DNA of 64,000 nt from Candidatus Latescibacterota bacterium (GCA_965261395.1 OZ253462.1:5216001-5280000); one strand, 5' to 3'; shown: positions 51,216-63,857, counted from the first letter of the stretch. The notes: generated from the letters alone by a model not told the origin. Made by a program: numbers and translations.

Positions 51216-52626
51216 CTAGGTGATCCAAATCCTTTTGATCCTCTACCGCCGATGCCGTGTGCAACTCGTTCTGCAACTCATTGAAAGCCGGTTCGATCAA
51301 CTCGTTGACGACCTCATCAATCAAGGTGAAATCCTTTCCCGGCTTGGCCAAGCAGCGTTGCAAAAAGAGTTTCTCAGTTAGGCCCATCCCCTCTAAGCGG
51401 GGTTTGACATCGGCATCATCATAGCCCTGAGGGATTCTGTTGTCCTTGGCCATGATAAGTTCTACCAGATACTGAGCGCAACGGTTAGCAGCCGCATTGG
51501 CCAGACGAGGCTGATTCAATTCAATCTGGGAGAGCCCGAAAGATGCATATCGGCATGGAAAATACTGGACATAGCTTCCGTTGTGGTAGCCTGTCACATC
51601 CTGTAGGTACTGCTCCATATTGGAACGTACGCTGCGCTTTTGAGCGGCAAATCTAGTCCGGTCGAAATCCAGCAGCAGAAACTCAGCAATCATCTGGAAC
51701 GTATCGGTAAATTCGGTGATGCGTTCGCCAGCCACATTCTCGTTGTCGAGCATATAGACCGTATCAAAAGGCGGTGCTGGCACCGGCCGAGGGCTACCAC
51801 CACCCCAATTAAATTCGTGGGTGGAGTATTCGCTTGTCTCCTTATCCTCGTCGGCGACAAACCGGGGCTGCATGAAGTATTCGAGTTCCTTGAGGGCGGC
51901 AAAGCCATTGGCATGGACGGCTTCTGTCCCGGCGGATCCCACTACATCGTCGAAAACCGTGGGCATGGCAAGAAAAGCCGTGCGCGTAGAAGTTGGGAAC
52001 AAAACTCGACACAGAAATCCGACATCGATAAAGCAGCCAGACCCCGTTCCACCGCCGAGAGACGATATAATAATGATATCGAAGGCCCTAGTATCTACCG
52101 TATAATCTGGGTAATCGCGGTTCATGTCCGCGAAGGCCTCTTGGGCAGTTACTTTTCTCCCCAATCTTTCGATGGCGTCGTGAATTTCCGTGTAATGGTG
52201 GAAGAAAGCCAATCGCCCGAAGGAACGGATCTGCCCAGCACCTTGCATGATGGCATTAGCAGGCAGCGCGTCCAGTTCGCTGGGAAACCAGTCCCATATA
52301 TGCGGATAGGCATTCTTGTTGAGCCGGTATCCAGCCAACTCCTCGGGCTGGACCCGTCCATCAATTTTCTGTGGAGCGGTAAGGTCAATGCGCTTGTCCA
52401 ACTCGTCGGGCACCTCTCCGCTCAGGGACTGATTGCGGATATCAGTATCAAACCATAGGTACTCCATGATGGGTAAACCCGCTACTCTGTACTTCTCGTA
52501 GAACATCCGTCGCAGCCGCCGCAGTACTTCCTTTCCCGTACCTCCCAAGCCGATCAAAAGCGTGGGACGGATATCGATCGTTTGGCTTCCTTCTTTTGCT
52601 GTACCTATAGTAGTTATCTCAACCAT
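51163..52626 (-). pseudogene. Tubulin/FtsZ-like GTPase (Tubulin_2/FtsZl-type), N-terminal part
   Basis: IGLGGTGKE, FDTD, GAGQIR..GRLAF, signature SLGGGTGSG, AN.FAALKEL; ATG 52626 with AAGGAG RBS. Confidence 0.88.
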
Positions 52627-52728
52627 GGTGTTCTCCTTCAATGTTGATCCAACTCAGTCATTAGATGCTTTTCAGGTCGAAGCCCCCGACGGCTGTCGTA
52701 CGAGGGCATTGGGACTCACTCGGAATTC

Positions 52729-53760
52729 TCAGCGGCGGCTTGGCCGGGTGACAAGTTTTGCTATCACCACAATGCAGAGGATCACCATCCCAAAGATGAG
52801 GATTCGCCATTCAATTTGCGAACTTGACTCCCAGCCCATCAAAAAATCAAAAAATCCGCTCAACCCCAAAGAGGCGATCAGCGCAATGCCTCCCCACAAC
52901 ACGAGGGCGGACCAACCAAAAGCTGTGGCCGGGTGCATGTCTCGGGTCTTGATGAGTCCGCTAAAAAGTAAGACCGAAAGGATATAGACGATTACAGAAA
53001 GTACCAAAATCCAGACTATGCGCCCAACCTCCACATAGCGAAAGGTGCCCTTCGATCTAGTCTCCGGCGGAGGTACCCCTACCTCGACAGGTTCATATTG
53101 GTCCGAGGAGATGCCCAGCAGCGGTTTAGCTTCATCAATTGAGACCGCAAAGTTGAGATTCTGCCCCTCGTCGTGGCTAGAGCTTAGATTAAAACTTACC
53201 ACGCCAATTACCTCTCCGTTCTGGTCGAATAAAGGCCCGCCGCTATTGCCCGGCGATACGGCGGCATCCGTCTGAATCAGTCTGAGGCCCTCCGGGGTAG
53301 TGCGAACCTCGGAGATAATCCCTTCGGTGACCGAGTATTCTAGCCCCAAGGGGTTGCCTATTGCCACCACGGGATCGCCCGAGCTCATATATTCTCCTGA
53401 CCCAAGCCTAGACGGCTGTAGGTGTTGGCCGCGCGGATCGACGTTTATCACCGCCAGGTCTTTGAGTTCGTCTTGGGCGACAACGCCCGTAATCGGCATC
53501 CAAGTTCCTTTGAAAGGCTTGGCCCATCCTTCTTTGATGCCCTTGATTACATGGTGCGCCGTGAGAATTTGGCCCGTTGACTTGATGATGATTCCGCTCC
53601 CCAGCCCTTCTCCCTCATTGGTAGAGACCTTGAGGAATACTACGCTTCCCTTCTCTTCCTTGGCAATCCGCTGAGTAAACGTGGAGCCGCTTTGTCCCGA
53701 CCCGCCACACCCCATCCAGCCGATAGCCAGTATGAATCCGAGCGTGATGTGCCGTTTCAT
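52729..53760 (-). CDS. Trypsin-like (S1/HtrA-type, no PDZ) serine protease with C-terminal TM helices
   Basis: Triad TAHHV / DLAVI / GNSGGP; N-terminal signal with possible lipobox Cys; three hydrophobic C-terminal segments. Confidence 0.88.
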   Translation of the reverse strand: MKRHITLGFILAIGWMGCGGSGQSGSTFTQRIAKEEKGSVVFLKVSTNEGEGLGSGIIIKSTGQILTAHHVIKGIKEGWAKPFKGTWMPITGVVAQDELKDLAVINVDPRGQHLQPSRLGSGEYMSSGDPVVAIGNPLGLEYSVTEGIISEVRTTPEGLRLIQTDAAVSPGNSGGPLFDQNGEVIGVVSFNLSSSHDEGQNLNFAVSIDEAKPLLGISSDQYEPVEVGVPPPETRSKGTFRYVEVGRIVWILVLSVIVYILSVLLFSGLIKTRDMHPATAFGWSALVLWGGIALIASLGLSGFFDFLMGWESSSQIEWRILIFGMVILCIVVIAKLVTRPSRR

Positions 53761-53775
53761 CTTGACTCCCTAGTG

Positions 53776-55404
53776 TTATTTGAGGCGTTCCAGTTCAAAT
53801 TCATTGCCCTTGTGTTTGAAAACCCATTTTTCATCCTTTTCAAAAGCCATCCCCTCCTCACCGACTGGATCGTCCATCCGATTTCTTAGTTCGGCCCTTT
53901 CGTCGCCCTCTTCGGCCGGCAGTAAGCGGTATTTGCATTTGAACAGGCCGTCTCGCCGCAAATATCCCAAAACGATATCCTTTCCGCTTTGGTTTGTGTA
54001 CTCCAATTCCTTTTGACCGCCGGGGCGCATCCAGTACTTGTACTCGACGTCTGCCAGCCGATAAACGAGCCTCCTGAAATAAACCATTCCCCCGGCAGCT
54101 ACCACAGCGATGGGTAGCAAGATCACCACGACCCAAGCCCGCCACAGATAGAGAGGGGAACGGACTTGCAACCTGCCTCTTATGGCTCCTCCCTTGGGCA
54201 CCACTTCCAAACCCTCTCGGTCTCGGTGCAGGAAGTGTATCAGATCGTCTGGCGTATAGATACGCTCGACCTCTTGGGGGTTGTCGGTAAAGTACTTCTC
54301 CTGATAAAGAGGAGTCATGCGAAACGAGCCAGGCGGTATTTCCAAGACAACCTTGGACATATATTGCATCGGAATCGGGCTGGTACGCGCCATGTCAAGC
54401 TGGTCGAAGAAGCCAACCTCGTTGGGCTGGAACGGGCCTAGGCGGATCCGGCACGAATAGCGGTATTTGTTCTGGGTATTGTGCTCCAGTTTCTCTTCAA
54501 GGCGGGGTGGAGTAACTCGTCCTCTCCCACTGGCTCGAATCCAGTACCGCCGGTCTTCGGGCTGCATGGGAACGATCCTAGGCTGACTCACCTTCAACCG
54601 CACCGGATTACCATGCTCATCTGTCGGCTCGATATTCAGGTAGCTCAATTGCGACTCTAGAGTAAAGGAGAAATCGACCGACTCGGATTCGTCCATGCCG
54701 ATATCACTTAGCTGGTCCGAAGGTGTCCTGCGTTTGCGATGTAGAACAATGCGGTGGTCTAGCGGTTTCATCAGCATCGGTTCCAAGCCGCCAGCCTTGA
54801 GTTGGGAGATGAGTTTGCCGAATCTAGCGCGCTGATCTTCTTCTGTGAGATAGGCATACAGGACCACCCCACGCGGACCTTGGTGGTACGCCTTGTCCGG
54901 GTGATTGAACAACCGCCCGTCAAAGGGCAGACTCAGCGGCACGGCATATAGTACTTGTACCACATCCTCCGCAAAACGCGCATAGAGCCCCCGAACATCC
55001 TCGTCATTGGTGGTCGCCTGCACATTATCGGTTAAGAAAAAAGTAATCGGCGCCCATCCAAGCCCTTCTTCAAAAGCCCTGAGCAAATTAGTATAGCTGC
55101 CCCAGCGTGCGTCTTGGGTCTCCTCGATCCACACTAGCGAATCCGGGTGTTGGGATACAAAAAATAAAGTGCCCGCCTCCAGTTGCTGGTCTTGGCAGGC
55201 TTTTTCCAACGAGGTCAGCAATTTCTGTAGCTCACCTGTCTGCTGGAAGCCCTCCATTGAACCAGAGCCATCGACCAATATGCTGACATCCATCCCAGCG
55301 GCGGCACGAGGGCCGCCAAGCCCTAGGCAGCACAGCAGAGCAGCGTACCAGAATGACCGGCTTTCAAACGGCCAATAGGTCATAGCGATACAGATGGTAC
55401 TCAT
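53776..55404 (-). CDS. Single-pass membrane vWA-like protein
   Basis: Signal peptide; MIDAS-like VDGSGSM...T...LTD; TM (WVVVILLPIAVVAAGGMVYF) then ~95 aa cytoplasmic domain. Confidence 0.65.
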   Translation of the reverse strand: MSTICIAMTYWPFESRSFWYAALLCCLGLGGPRAAAGMDVSILVDGSGSMEGFQQTGELQKLLTSLEKACQDQQLEAGTLFFVSQHPDSLVWIEETQDARWGSYTNLLRAFEEGLGWAPITFFLTDNVQATTNDEDVRGLYARFAEDVVQVLYAVPLSLPFDGRLFNHPDKAYHQGPRGVVLYAYLTEEDQRARFGKLISQLKAGGLEPMLMKPLDHRIVLHRKRRTPSDQLSDIGMDESESVDFSFTLESQLSYLNIEPTDEHGNPVRLKVSQPRIVPMQPEDRRYWIRASGRGRVTPPRLEEKLEHNTQNKYRYSCRIRLGPFQPNEVGFFDQLDMARTSPIPMQYMSKVVLEIPPGSFRMTPLYQEKYFTDNPQEVERIYTPDDLIHFLHRDREGLEVVPKGGAIRGRLQVRSPLYLWRAWVVVILLPIAVVAAGGMVYFRRLVYRLADVEYKYWMRPGGQKELEYTNQSGKDIVLGYLRRDGLFKCKYRLLPAEEGDERAELRNRMDDPVGEEGMAFEKDEKWVFKHKGNEFELERLK

Positions 55405-56653
55405 GATCGCGGGTCATCACGTACACGTATTTGCCGAAACCCGCTGGCGGCACAACCGGATCTTCGCCTAAAGGCCAGCCGCGCAAGAAAGGTTCCCCTC
55501 CTCGTTCATCAAGACGGGAAAGACGAAATTCCGTATTAGCTCCCACTCCTCTTTGGAAGTTGGCGACCAAGCCGCCCAAGCCTTTGGTCTGATCAATGTG
55601 CCTCATGGAATATCCGAGACTACACTCCAATTTGGACGTAACTTGCCGATTCAATGGATCGAACAATAGCATAAAATTAGACCCTATCGCCATATAGCAA
55701 TAGCCGGACTCGATCCGCAGTGCCTGTAGGGCCTGTACCTCTACCTCGGTTCGGCTCGGAATTTCTTTTAGCACCTGTTGGCCGACTAACTGTAGGGCAC
55801 ACAAGCCCCCTTCTTGAGTCAATAGCCATATTGACGGATCCTCGCCGCGCATCACGCCCGCCGAAGCGGCTAATGGACCGCCGCGGGCATCCTCATCCTC
55901 ATACGAGATTTTCTTGCCCTGTTCCAAATCCAAGAAAACAACCCTGTTTTCCTCTTCTATTAAGCCCAGATAGGTCTCGCTTCCCCGAATTGGGATCATT
56001 TCTTGGATAGGCAACGAATTTTTGTCTAGCTCTTGCTTTTGCAATTCGTCGAAAATGCGGTTTTCGCTCTTCCAGTATCGATCGCAACTTGCTTTATCTA
56101 CCTTATATACATGAATAGTCAACGCCTCTTGGTCCAGCAGGAAAAGCCGATTCCGGCCTAAGGCAATCTTCTCGACGCGCTCACATTCCACGGCAAGCGG
56201 CTTCCATGAAGCAGCTTTCAGCATATCGTCGTTCAACAACGAAGAGGTCGGAAACACCTGCAGCGTCCCCACCTCCGTGAGCGCGTAAATCCACCAGCGG
56301 TCAAAATCCACCTGACGCAAGGAAGTCGAATCCCCTTTGAGTGGAGGCAGGTCGTGTGGCTCGTTCTCTATGTAGGTACTCATTTCTCCGCTGGATTTAT
56401 CCACTAATAAAGGCTGGCCGAATACGTTAAAGAGGTCGTCGACTTGGTCCATAATGACCGGCAGATTCCTGACAGCACTGTCTTTACTCTCTCCGGAAGG
56501 TATGTCGGCCATGTAATCGACAGGTTTGCTCTCGACAGCACCGCCGCAAACGGCGCAAAAATTAGCGAGCGCATGATGCTCGCGGCCATCTTTAGAACAC
56601 GTCCAAGCGTTCTTATGCCAATTCCAGTCTTGCATCATTTCTCGCATCCTCAC
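55364..56653 (-). CDS. Hypothetical protein, Zn ribbon + possible beta-propeller
   Basis: WTC...NFCAVCG; repeated short beta-strand patterns (WIYALT..G.L, IWLLT..G.L, YVYVMT). Confidence 0.55.
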   Translation of the reverse strand: MRMREMMQDWNWHKNAWTCSKDGREHHALANFCAVCGGAVESKPVDYMADIPSGESKDSAVRNLPVIMDQVDDLFNVFGQPLLVDKSSGEMSTYIENEPHDLPPLKGDSTSLRQVDFDRWWIYALTEVGTLQVFPTSSLLNDDMLKAASWKPLAVECERVEKIALGRNRLFLLDQEALTIHVYKVDKASCDRYWKSENRIFDELQKQELDKNSLPIQEMIPIRGSETYLGLIEEENRVVFLDLEQGKKISYEDEDARGGPLAASAGVMRGEDPSIWLLTQEGGLCALQLVGQQVLKEIPSRTEVEVQALQALRIESGYCYMAIGSNFMLLFDPLNRQVTSKLECSLGYSMRHIDQTKGLGGLVANFQRGVGANTEFRLSRLDERGGEPFLRGWPLGEDPVVPPAGFGKYVYVMTRDHEYHLYRYDLLAV

Positions 56654-56781
56654 CCTATCTCAATCCCGCGTACCGCTTCCGATCTCGGTTATAGACTTGT
56701 CCCCGTAGGGCGGTCGGCGGCACTCTAAAATAGAGGGCCACTTTGTAACGTCAATGACAGAATACCGCCCCGCTCCAGCCC

Positions 56782-58717
56782 CTAAATCCCAGCTTCCCAC
56801 ACATCCTCCACCCCAGCCCGCAACAACTCGGCCACGCTCCACGCCTGGGCGATGCAGCCGCGAGGCGCAAAAGGCGGCTCGGCGTCAAATATCTCCGAGA
56901 CCGTGCCCAAGCCCGCTTCGTTCAAGTGCACAGCAAAGCCGTCGAGGAGGGCACGAGAACGCTGGCGACCCGCGCGACCGTGGCAACGGCAGAGGGCGGT
57001 AATGTACGGGCCGATGAGCCAGCCCCACACCGTGCCCTGGTGATACGCGCTATCGCGCTCCCAAGGGCTACCCACATACTGGGCGCAGTACGCCGGATCG
57101 CTCGGCGAAAGGCTGCGCAGGCCGCGCGGGGTCAGCAAGTGTTGGTCAATCACGGATAAGATTCGCCGCGCCTGCTCGCCCTCAATGAGCGGGAAGGGCA
57201 GCGAGAGCGCGAAAATTTGATTGGGGCGGATCGCCCAATCCGGCCCCTCGGGAGCGACCACGTCGCATAAATACCCGCGCTCTTCGCACCAGAACAGACG
57301 CTCAAAGGACGCGCGCACCTCAGCGGCGCGCTGGCCGTACTCGGCGTGCTGACCAAATGTCTCGGCCAAGTGCTGCAAAATTTTGAGCGCGTTGTACCAG
57401 AGGGCATTGACCTCCACGGGCTTGCCCATGCGCGGCGTGATCACCCAATCGACGACCTTGGCGTCCATCCACGTCAGTTGCACCCCCGGCTCCCCAGCCG
57501 CGAGCAGGCCATCGACATCAACCCGGATCTGATAGCGCGTGCCGCGTTCGTGCCAAGCCGCTATGTCCTCTAGCGTCGGCCACAGCTCGCGGGCAAACTC
57601 GTAGTCTTGGGTGTATTGCAAATACTTGTAGAGCGCGACAAAAAACCACAAAGTCGCGTCCACCGCGTGGTATTCTGGAACCTCTCCCGCGTCGGGAAAG
57701 CGGTTGGGTATCATGCCCTCGCTGACGTGCTCGGCAAACGCCGCGAAGATGCCCCGTGCCTCGGCAAAGCGCCCGGTGACCAAGCACAGGCCGGGCAGGG
57801 CGATCATGGTGTCGCGGCCCCAGTCCGTGAACCAGTGATAACCCGCGACAATGGTGTGCAGACCGTCGCTGCGCCGCACCAGAAACTGATCGGCCGCCCG
57901 CGCCAGCGATTGCAGCAAAGGGTCGGTGGTCCAAGGGGCGCGCACCACCACCTGCTGACGGCGGTCGCTCTCGCCGGCGAGAAGTGCGAGAGGGTCGCGG
58001 CAGGCGGGAAGCTCGGTGGCCGCAAGTACGCCAACGGTGGCCCCGGGGTCGAGTTGCAGACGCAGGCGACCGGGCGTGAACAGGTCCTCGCTGTAGTCGA
58101 AGCCGCGCTCTTCCTCGCGCGGATATTGGAAGTTGTAGTACCAGTCCGGGGCGGCCTCCCAGCACGCGCCCGGGGCGAGAATGTGAGCGGTGGGCTGCCC
58201 CCGATAGGGGCGATAGACCAGCGTATCCTCAGTCCAAACGGCCGTTGGAGCCACCTGATCGTTGGCCTGCATCAAGTGGTGATAGTCCCGACCCGCGAAA
58301 AAGGGCCGCAACTCCAAACAAAGCGGGTCAGGTGCCTTCTCCAGCTCGTACGCGACGACCAAGGCGTGCTCGTCCGCGAGCAAGGCCAGCCGCTTGCGCA
58401 ACACCCACCCATCCCCCGCGTACGTCCACGTCGGCACCGGCTCGGACGCGAAGGCAGTTAGCCATTGGTCGCCCCGTGGATGAATGACCCCGGGAAAAAT
58501 GCTGCAACTTAGCTCGACGCGGGCCGTGGGCAGGACCAAGGTCTCGTCGAGCCGCGAGAGCAACACCACCCGACCGACCGGCGGCTGAGTGGCGACGACC
58601 AACAGACCGTGATAGCGCCGGGTGTGCGCGCCGCTGACCGTGGAAGAGGCCCAGCCGCCCAAGCCATTGGTCTCCAACCACTCGCGGGAGAATTTGTACT
58701 CGCTGCCTTCAGGTAGT

Positions 58718-58731
<14 letters not shown>
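56782..58731 (-). CDS. Glycogen debranching enzyme (amylo-alpha-1,6-glucosidase)
   Basis: [48 protein letters not shown]; start uncertain. Confidence 0.92.
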
Positions 58732-60673
<1,942 letters not shown>

Positions 60674-60720
60674 GCGAGCTAACTCCTCATTAGGGTGTAA
60701 ATAGCCATCAATAGCGCAAA

Positions 60721-61506
60721 CTACTTACTGCCGGCCACCGGTGGCAAGGGCCACTCGTCGCCGGCCATGAAGCCGCCATCAACGTAGATGCACTGCCCGG
60801 TGACGTAATCCGAAGCTGGCGCGGCGAGAAAGACGGCTGTGCCGACCAAATCTTCGGGCGTCCCCAAGCGGTTGAGCACAACCCGCCCCTCGCCCCAAGC
60901 CCGCATGGTGTCGTCGGCCCACAGCTTCTCACTGAGCGAGGTGAGTATAAAGCCCGGGCAGATGGCGTTGACCTGGATGTTGTGCGACCCGAACTCAATG
61001 GCTTGGCCCTTGGTGAGCTGGCCCACGGCCCCCTTGGTCGCGGTGTACACCGATACTTTGGCGAGGGCATAGCCCGTGGTCAGCGAGCCGATGTTGATGA
61101 TCTTGCCGCCTTGGCCGCGCTCGATCATCTGGCGGCCGACCTTCTGGCTGAGGAAGTACAGGCCCTTGAGATTGACGGCCATGATCTGGTCGTAGTTTTC
61201 CTCCGAGACCTCGACGATGGGCTGGCGGATGTTCATGCCGGCATTGTTGAACAGGATGTCTATGGGGCCGCATTGCTCCAAGGCCGCGTCCATGCCCTCT
61301 AGGTCGGCCATGTCCAATTCGACCGCACGGGCCTTGCCGCCGGCGGCCTCAATGGCAGCGACAGCTTCGTCGAGCTGGCTGCGGGTGCGAGCGGCGCAGA
61401 TGACCGTGGCTCCAGCCGCAGCCATACCTGCGGCCACGCCGCGACCAATGCCGCGACTAGCACCAGTGACAAGGGCAACTTTTCCCTCTAGCGAAAATAG
61501 ATTCAC
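60721..61506 (-). CDS. SDR oxidoreductase (gluconate 5-dehydrogenase-like)
   Basis: [17 protein letters not shown]; GTG 61506 with AAGGAG RBS. Confidence 0.9.
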   Translation of the reverse strand: MNLFSLEGKVALVTGASRGIGRGVAAGMAAAGATVICAARTRSQLDEAVAAIEAAGGKARAVELDMADLEGMDAALEQCGPIDILFNNAGMNIRQPIVEVSEENYDQIMAVNLKGLYFLSQKVGRQMIERGQGGKIINIGSLTTGYALAKVSVYTATKGAVGQLTKGQAIEFGSHNIQVNAICPGFILTSLSEKLWADDTMRAWGEGRVVLNRLGTPEDLVGTAVFLAAPASDYVTGQCIYVDGGFMAGDEWPLPPVAGSK

Positions 61507-61577
61507 AATACACTCCTTCGTTGTTTGTGGTTGCGTTGGTTTAATGATAAGCGGGGTTGGCGTTCCAGCAAGGCTTT

Positions 61578-62534
61578 TCAAGTGGGGACGGAAGCGATTA
61601 GATACTCCAATTTTTCGCCTCCCAGCGGCGAGATCTCGCAAACGCGCCCAGCCGGTACTAACGCAGTCGCGCCCGTACCCAAGGCGCACTCACCCACGCG
61701 CGCCAGACCGCGGACGACCGTCAGCGACAGAAACGATCCCTCGGCCCGATGCTCGGCCCGACCCCCGTCTAAGCCACAGCCGCGCAGCACAAAGTGCTCG
61801 GACTCTACCAGCACTTGGCCGCGCAGCACGGGATGCGGCACCGGCCCGGGTAGGTGCTGGGCAAAGTCGATGACCTCAAGGGCCTGCTCCCAGTGCAGGG
61901 CGCGCGGCCGGCCGTAGTCGTAAATGCGGAAGGTCAGGTCGCTCGTTTGCTGCACCTCGTACAGGACGACCCCCCGGCACAGGGCGTGTACTGTGCCCGG
62001 CGGCACAAAGAGCACGTCCCCTTGCGCGACCGGGTAAAAGCGGACGACCTCGGCGACGCGATTGGCCGCGTGGGCGGCGACAAACTCCGCGCGGCCCACG
62101 CCCTCGGCCAGCCCACAAGCTACGCGGCCGCCGTCTGATTGCAGCACGTACCAAGCCTCCATCTTGCCGCTGTCCACCAACCCATTGCGCTGGGCGTACT
62201 CGTCGTCGGGGTGCACTTGGATCGACAGATCTTGCTGGGCGTCGAGGAGCTTAATAAGCAGAGGAAAGCGCCCACCGTAGCGCGCCCACACCGCAGCACC
62301 GACCAAGTCGGCGCGATGCGTTTCCACCAACTCGCGCAGCGAGCGACCATCCGCCGCCCGGCTCTCGCGGCCCTCGTACGCCGACAGCTCAAAGGACTCG
62401 CCAATGAGCGCATCGCCCGGCAGGGCCTTGCCGTAGAGCGCGGCTAAGCGGCGACCGCCCCACACCATCTCCCGGTAATAGGGCGTCAAGGGAATGACAT
62501 CGGGCAATTTATCCATCGGCTGCAACACGTTCAC
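61578..62534 (-). CDS. manA: Mannose-6-phosphate isomerase, type I
   Basis: VWGG, FPLLIK.LDA..LSIQVHP, K.EAWY, GTVHA, EVQQTSD.T.RIYDYGR. Confidence 0.88.
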   Translation of the reverse strand: MNVLQPMDKLPDVIPLTPYYREMVWGGRRLAALYGKALPGDALIGESFELSAYEGRESRAADGRSLRELVETHRADLVGAAVWARYGGRFPLLIKLLDAQQDLSIQVHPDDEYAQRNGLVDSGKMEAWYVLQSDGGRVACGLAEGVGRAEFVAAHAANRVAEVVRFYPVAQGDVLFVPPGTVHALCRGVVLYEVQQTSDLTFRIYDYGRPRALHWEQALEVIDFAQHLPGPVPHPVLRGQVLVESEHFVLRGCGLDGGRAEHRAEGSFLSLTVVRGLARVGECALGTGATALVPAGRVCEISPLGGEKLEYLIASVPT

Positions 62535-62728
62535 AGCAGTCTCACAAATTGTTCTCCAGGAACCGCTAGCCCATCCTCCTCAAGAGAAACAATGTATCCT
62601 TCAATCGCCTCTCTGATGTTGGTGATCGCTTCTTGCTTTGTTTTCCCTTGGCTGATACAACCGGGCAAGCTAGGACACTCAGCAACCCAATAGCCATCTT
62701 CACCTCGATAAATAAGCGCTTGTCTCAT
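62531..62728 (-). CDS. hicB: HicB family antitoxin
   Basis: EDGYWVAECPSLPGCISQGKT..EA..NIREAI; ATG 62728 with GAGGAG RBS. Confidence 0.85.
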   Translation of the reverse strand: MRQALIYRGEDGYWVAECPSLPGCISQGKTKQEAITNIREAIEGYIVSLEEDGLAVPGEQFVRLL

Positions 62729-62764
62729 TGTCTCATCCTCCTCACCTAATGATCGGGCACCAAG

Positions 62765-62812
62765 TTCAGTTAAGCGTTTTAGTCCTTTATGACGAATAGA
62801 ACGGATGAACAT
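62765..62812 (-). pseudogene. N-terminal remnant of a HigB-like toxin
   Basis: MFIRSIRHKGLKRL resembles the start of HigB killer proteins; the similarity ends after about 16 codons. Confidence 0.5.
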
Positions 62813-62849
62813 TTAACTTAGGATTTCTAACAAGAATTGTCTCACCTCC

Positions 62850-63857
62850 CTAACGCCCCAACACCAACTCCCGCGAGGTCGCCAACAGCGCCTCCTTGCG
62901 CGACAGATCCGCAGCCAGCGGCAACTGAGCCACGCCGATGAGCCGCCGCATAATCTCCATGCCGGCAAATTGCAGTGCCAAGCTATGGGAAAGCGAGGAG
63001 TTGGCACCGTAGTGGGCAAACACCGACTGCGCCAGTTCCAAGGGGCGACCGGCGAGCAACAAGTGGCCGACGAGAATGCCCACGTCGAATTCCGGCGGGC
63101 CAAAGAAGCAAAACTCCGGGTCGATGATCCACACGCCCCCGCCGGCGCGCACCCAACTTCCCGGATAGAAGTCTCCGTGCAACAGGCAGGGGCCGTTTTC
63201 CAAGTAGAGCGCGCCCAAGCTTTGCAAGGCTTTGCAATACGCCGCGTCGCCTTGCAAAGCTTGGGCGACCCGCGCCAGCCCAGGCGTGATCGCGTCGAGG
63301 TCGAGGCCGTTGTCCGGGCGCAGTGGGAAGCAGTACAGATGCTCGTGGTTGAGCTGGCGCATGGCGCGGTTTTCCAAGCGCGTCCGGGTCGGCTCGTCAA
63401 AGGCCGCTTGGTGCAAGGCCGCCAACCACTGGCACAGACCCGGCAAGGATGCAAACGCAGCTTCGCCATCATTGTACAAATCGGTACAATCCGCAGTCTC
63501 CCCCAAGTCTTCAAACGCGGCAACAAAATTCTCCTCGTCCCAGCCCAAGAAGCCGGGCATGCGCTCGGCCACCAACGGGCAGCCGGCAACGGCTCGGTAA
63601 AAGGCAGCCTCCACCAGCACCCGCTCCTCGGGCGCGGGGATGGCTGGGTATTTCTCGACCCAGGGACGCGATTGCTTGAGTATGAAGGAACGCTCTGCGG
63701 TCTGCACGCGCAGGGTGAGGTTCATGTTGCCTTCGCCAGCGCGGCCTAGCGCACACACCGATTCCGCGGGCAAAAGCCATCCTCGGGAGCGCACGTACGC
63801 GGCCAGCTCTTCAGGCCGGTCGATGTGCAGCAACGTGTAATTCGCTCGGTTTTCCAT
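62850..63857 (-). CDS. APH-like phosphotransferase (methylthioribose kinase-like)
   Basis: GEGNMN, LKQSRPW, HGDFYPGS, IDPEF, FDVG. Confidence 0.82.
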   Translation of the reverse strand: MENRANYTLLHIDRPEELAAYVRSRGWLLPAESVCALGRAGEGNMNLTLRVQTAERSFILKQSRPWVEKYPAIPAPEERVLVEAAFYRAVAGCPLVAERMPGFLGWDEENFVAAFEDLGETADCTDLYNDGEAAFASLPGLCQWLAALHQAAFDEPTRTRLENRAMRQLNHEHLYCFPLRPDNGLDLDAITPGLARVAQALQGDAAYCKALQSLGALYLENGPCLLHGDFYPGSWVRAGGGVWIIDPEFCFFGPPEFDVGILVGHLLLAGRPLELAQSVFAHYGANSSLSHSLALQFAGMEIMRRLIGVAQLPLAADLSRKEALLATSRELVLGR

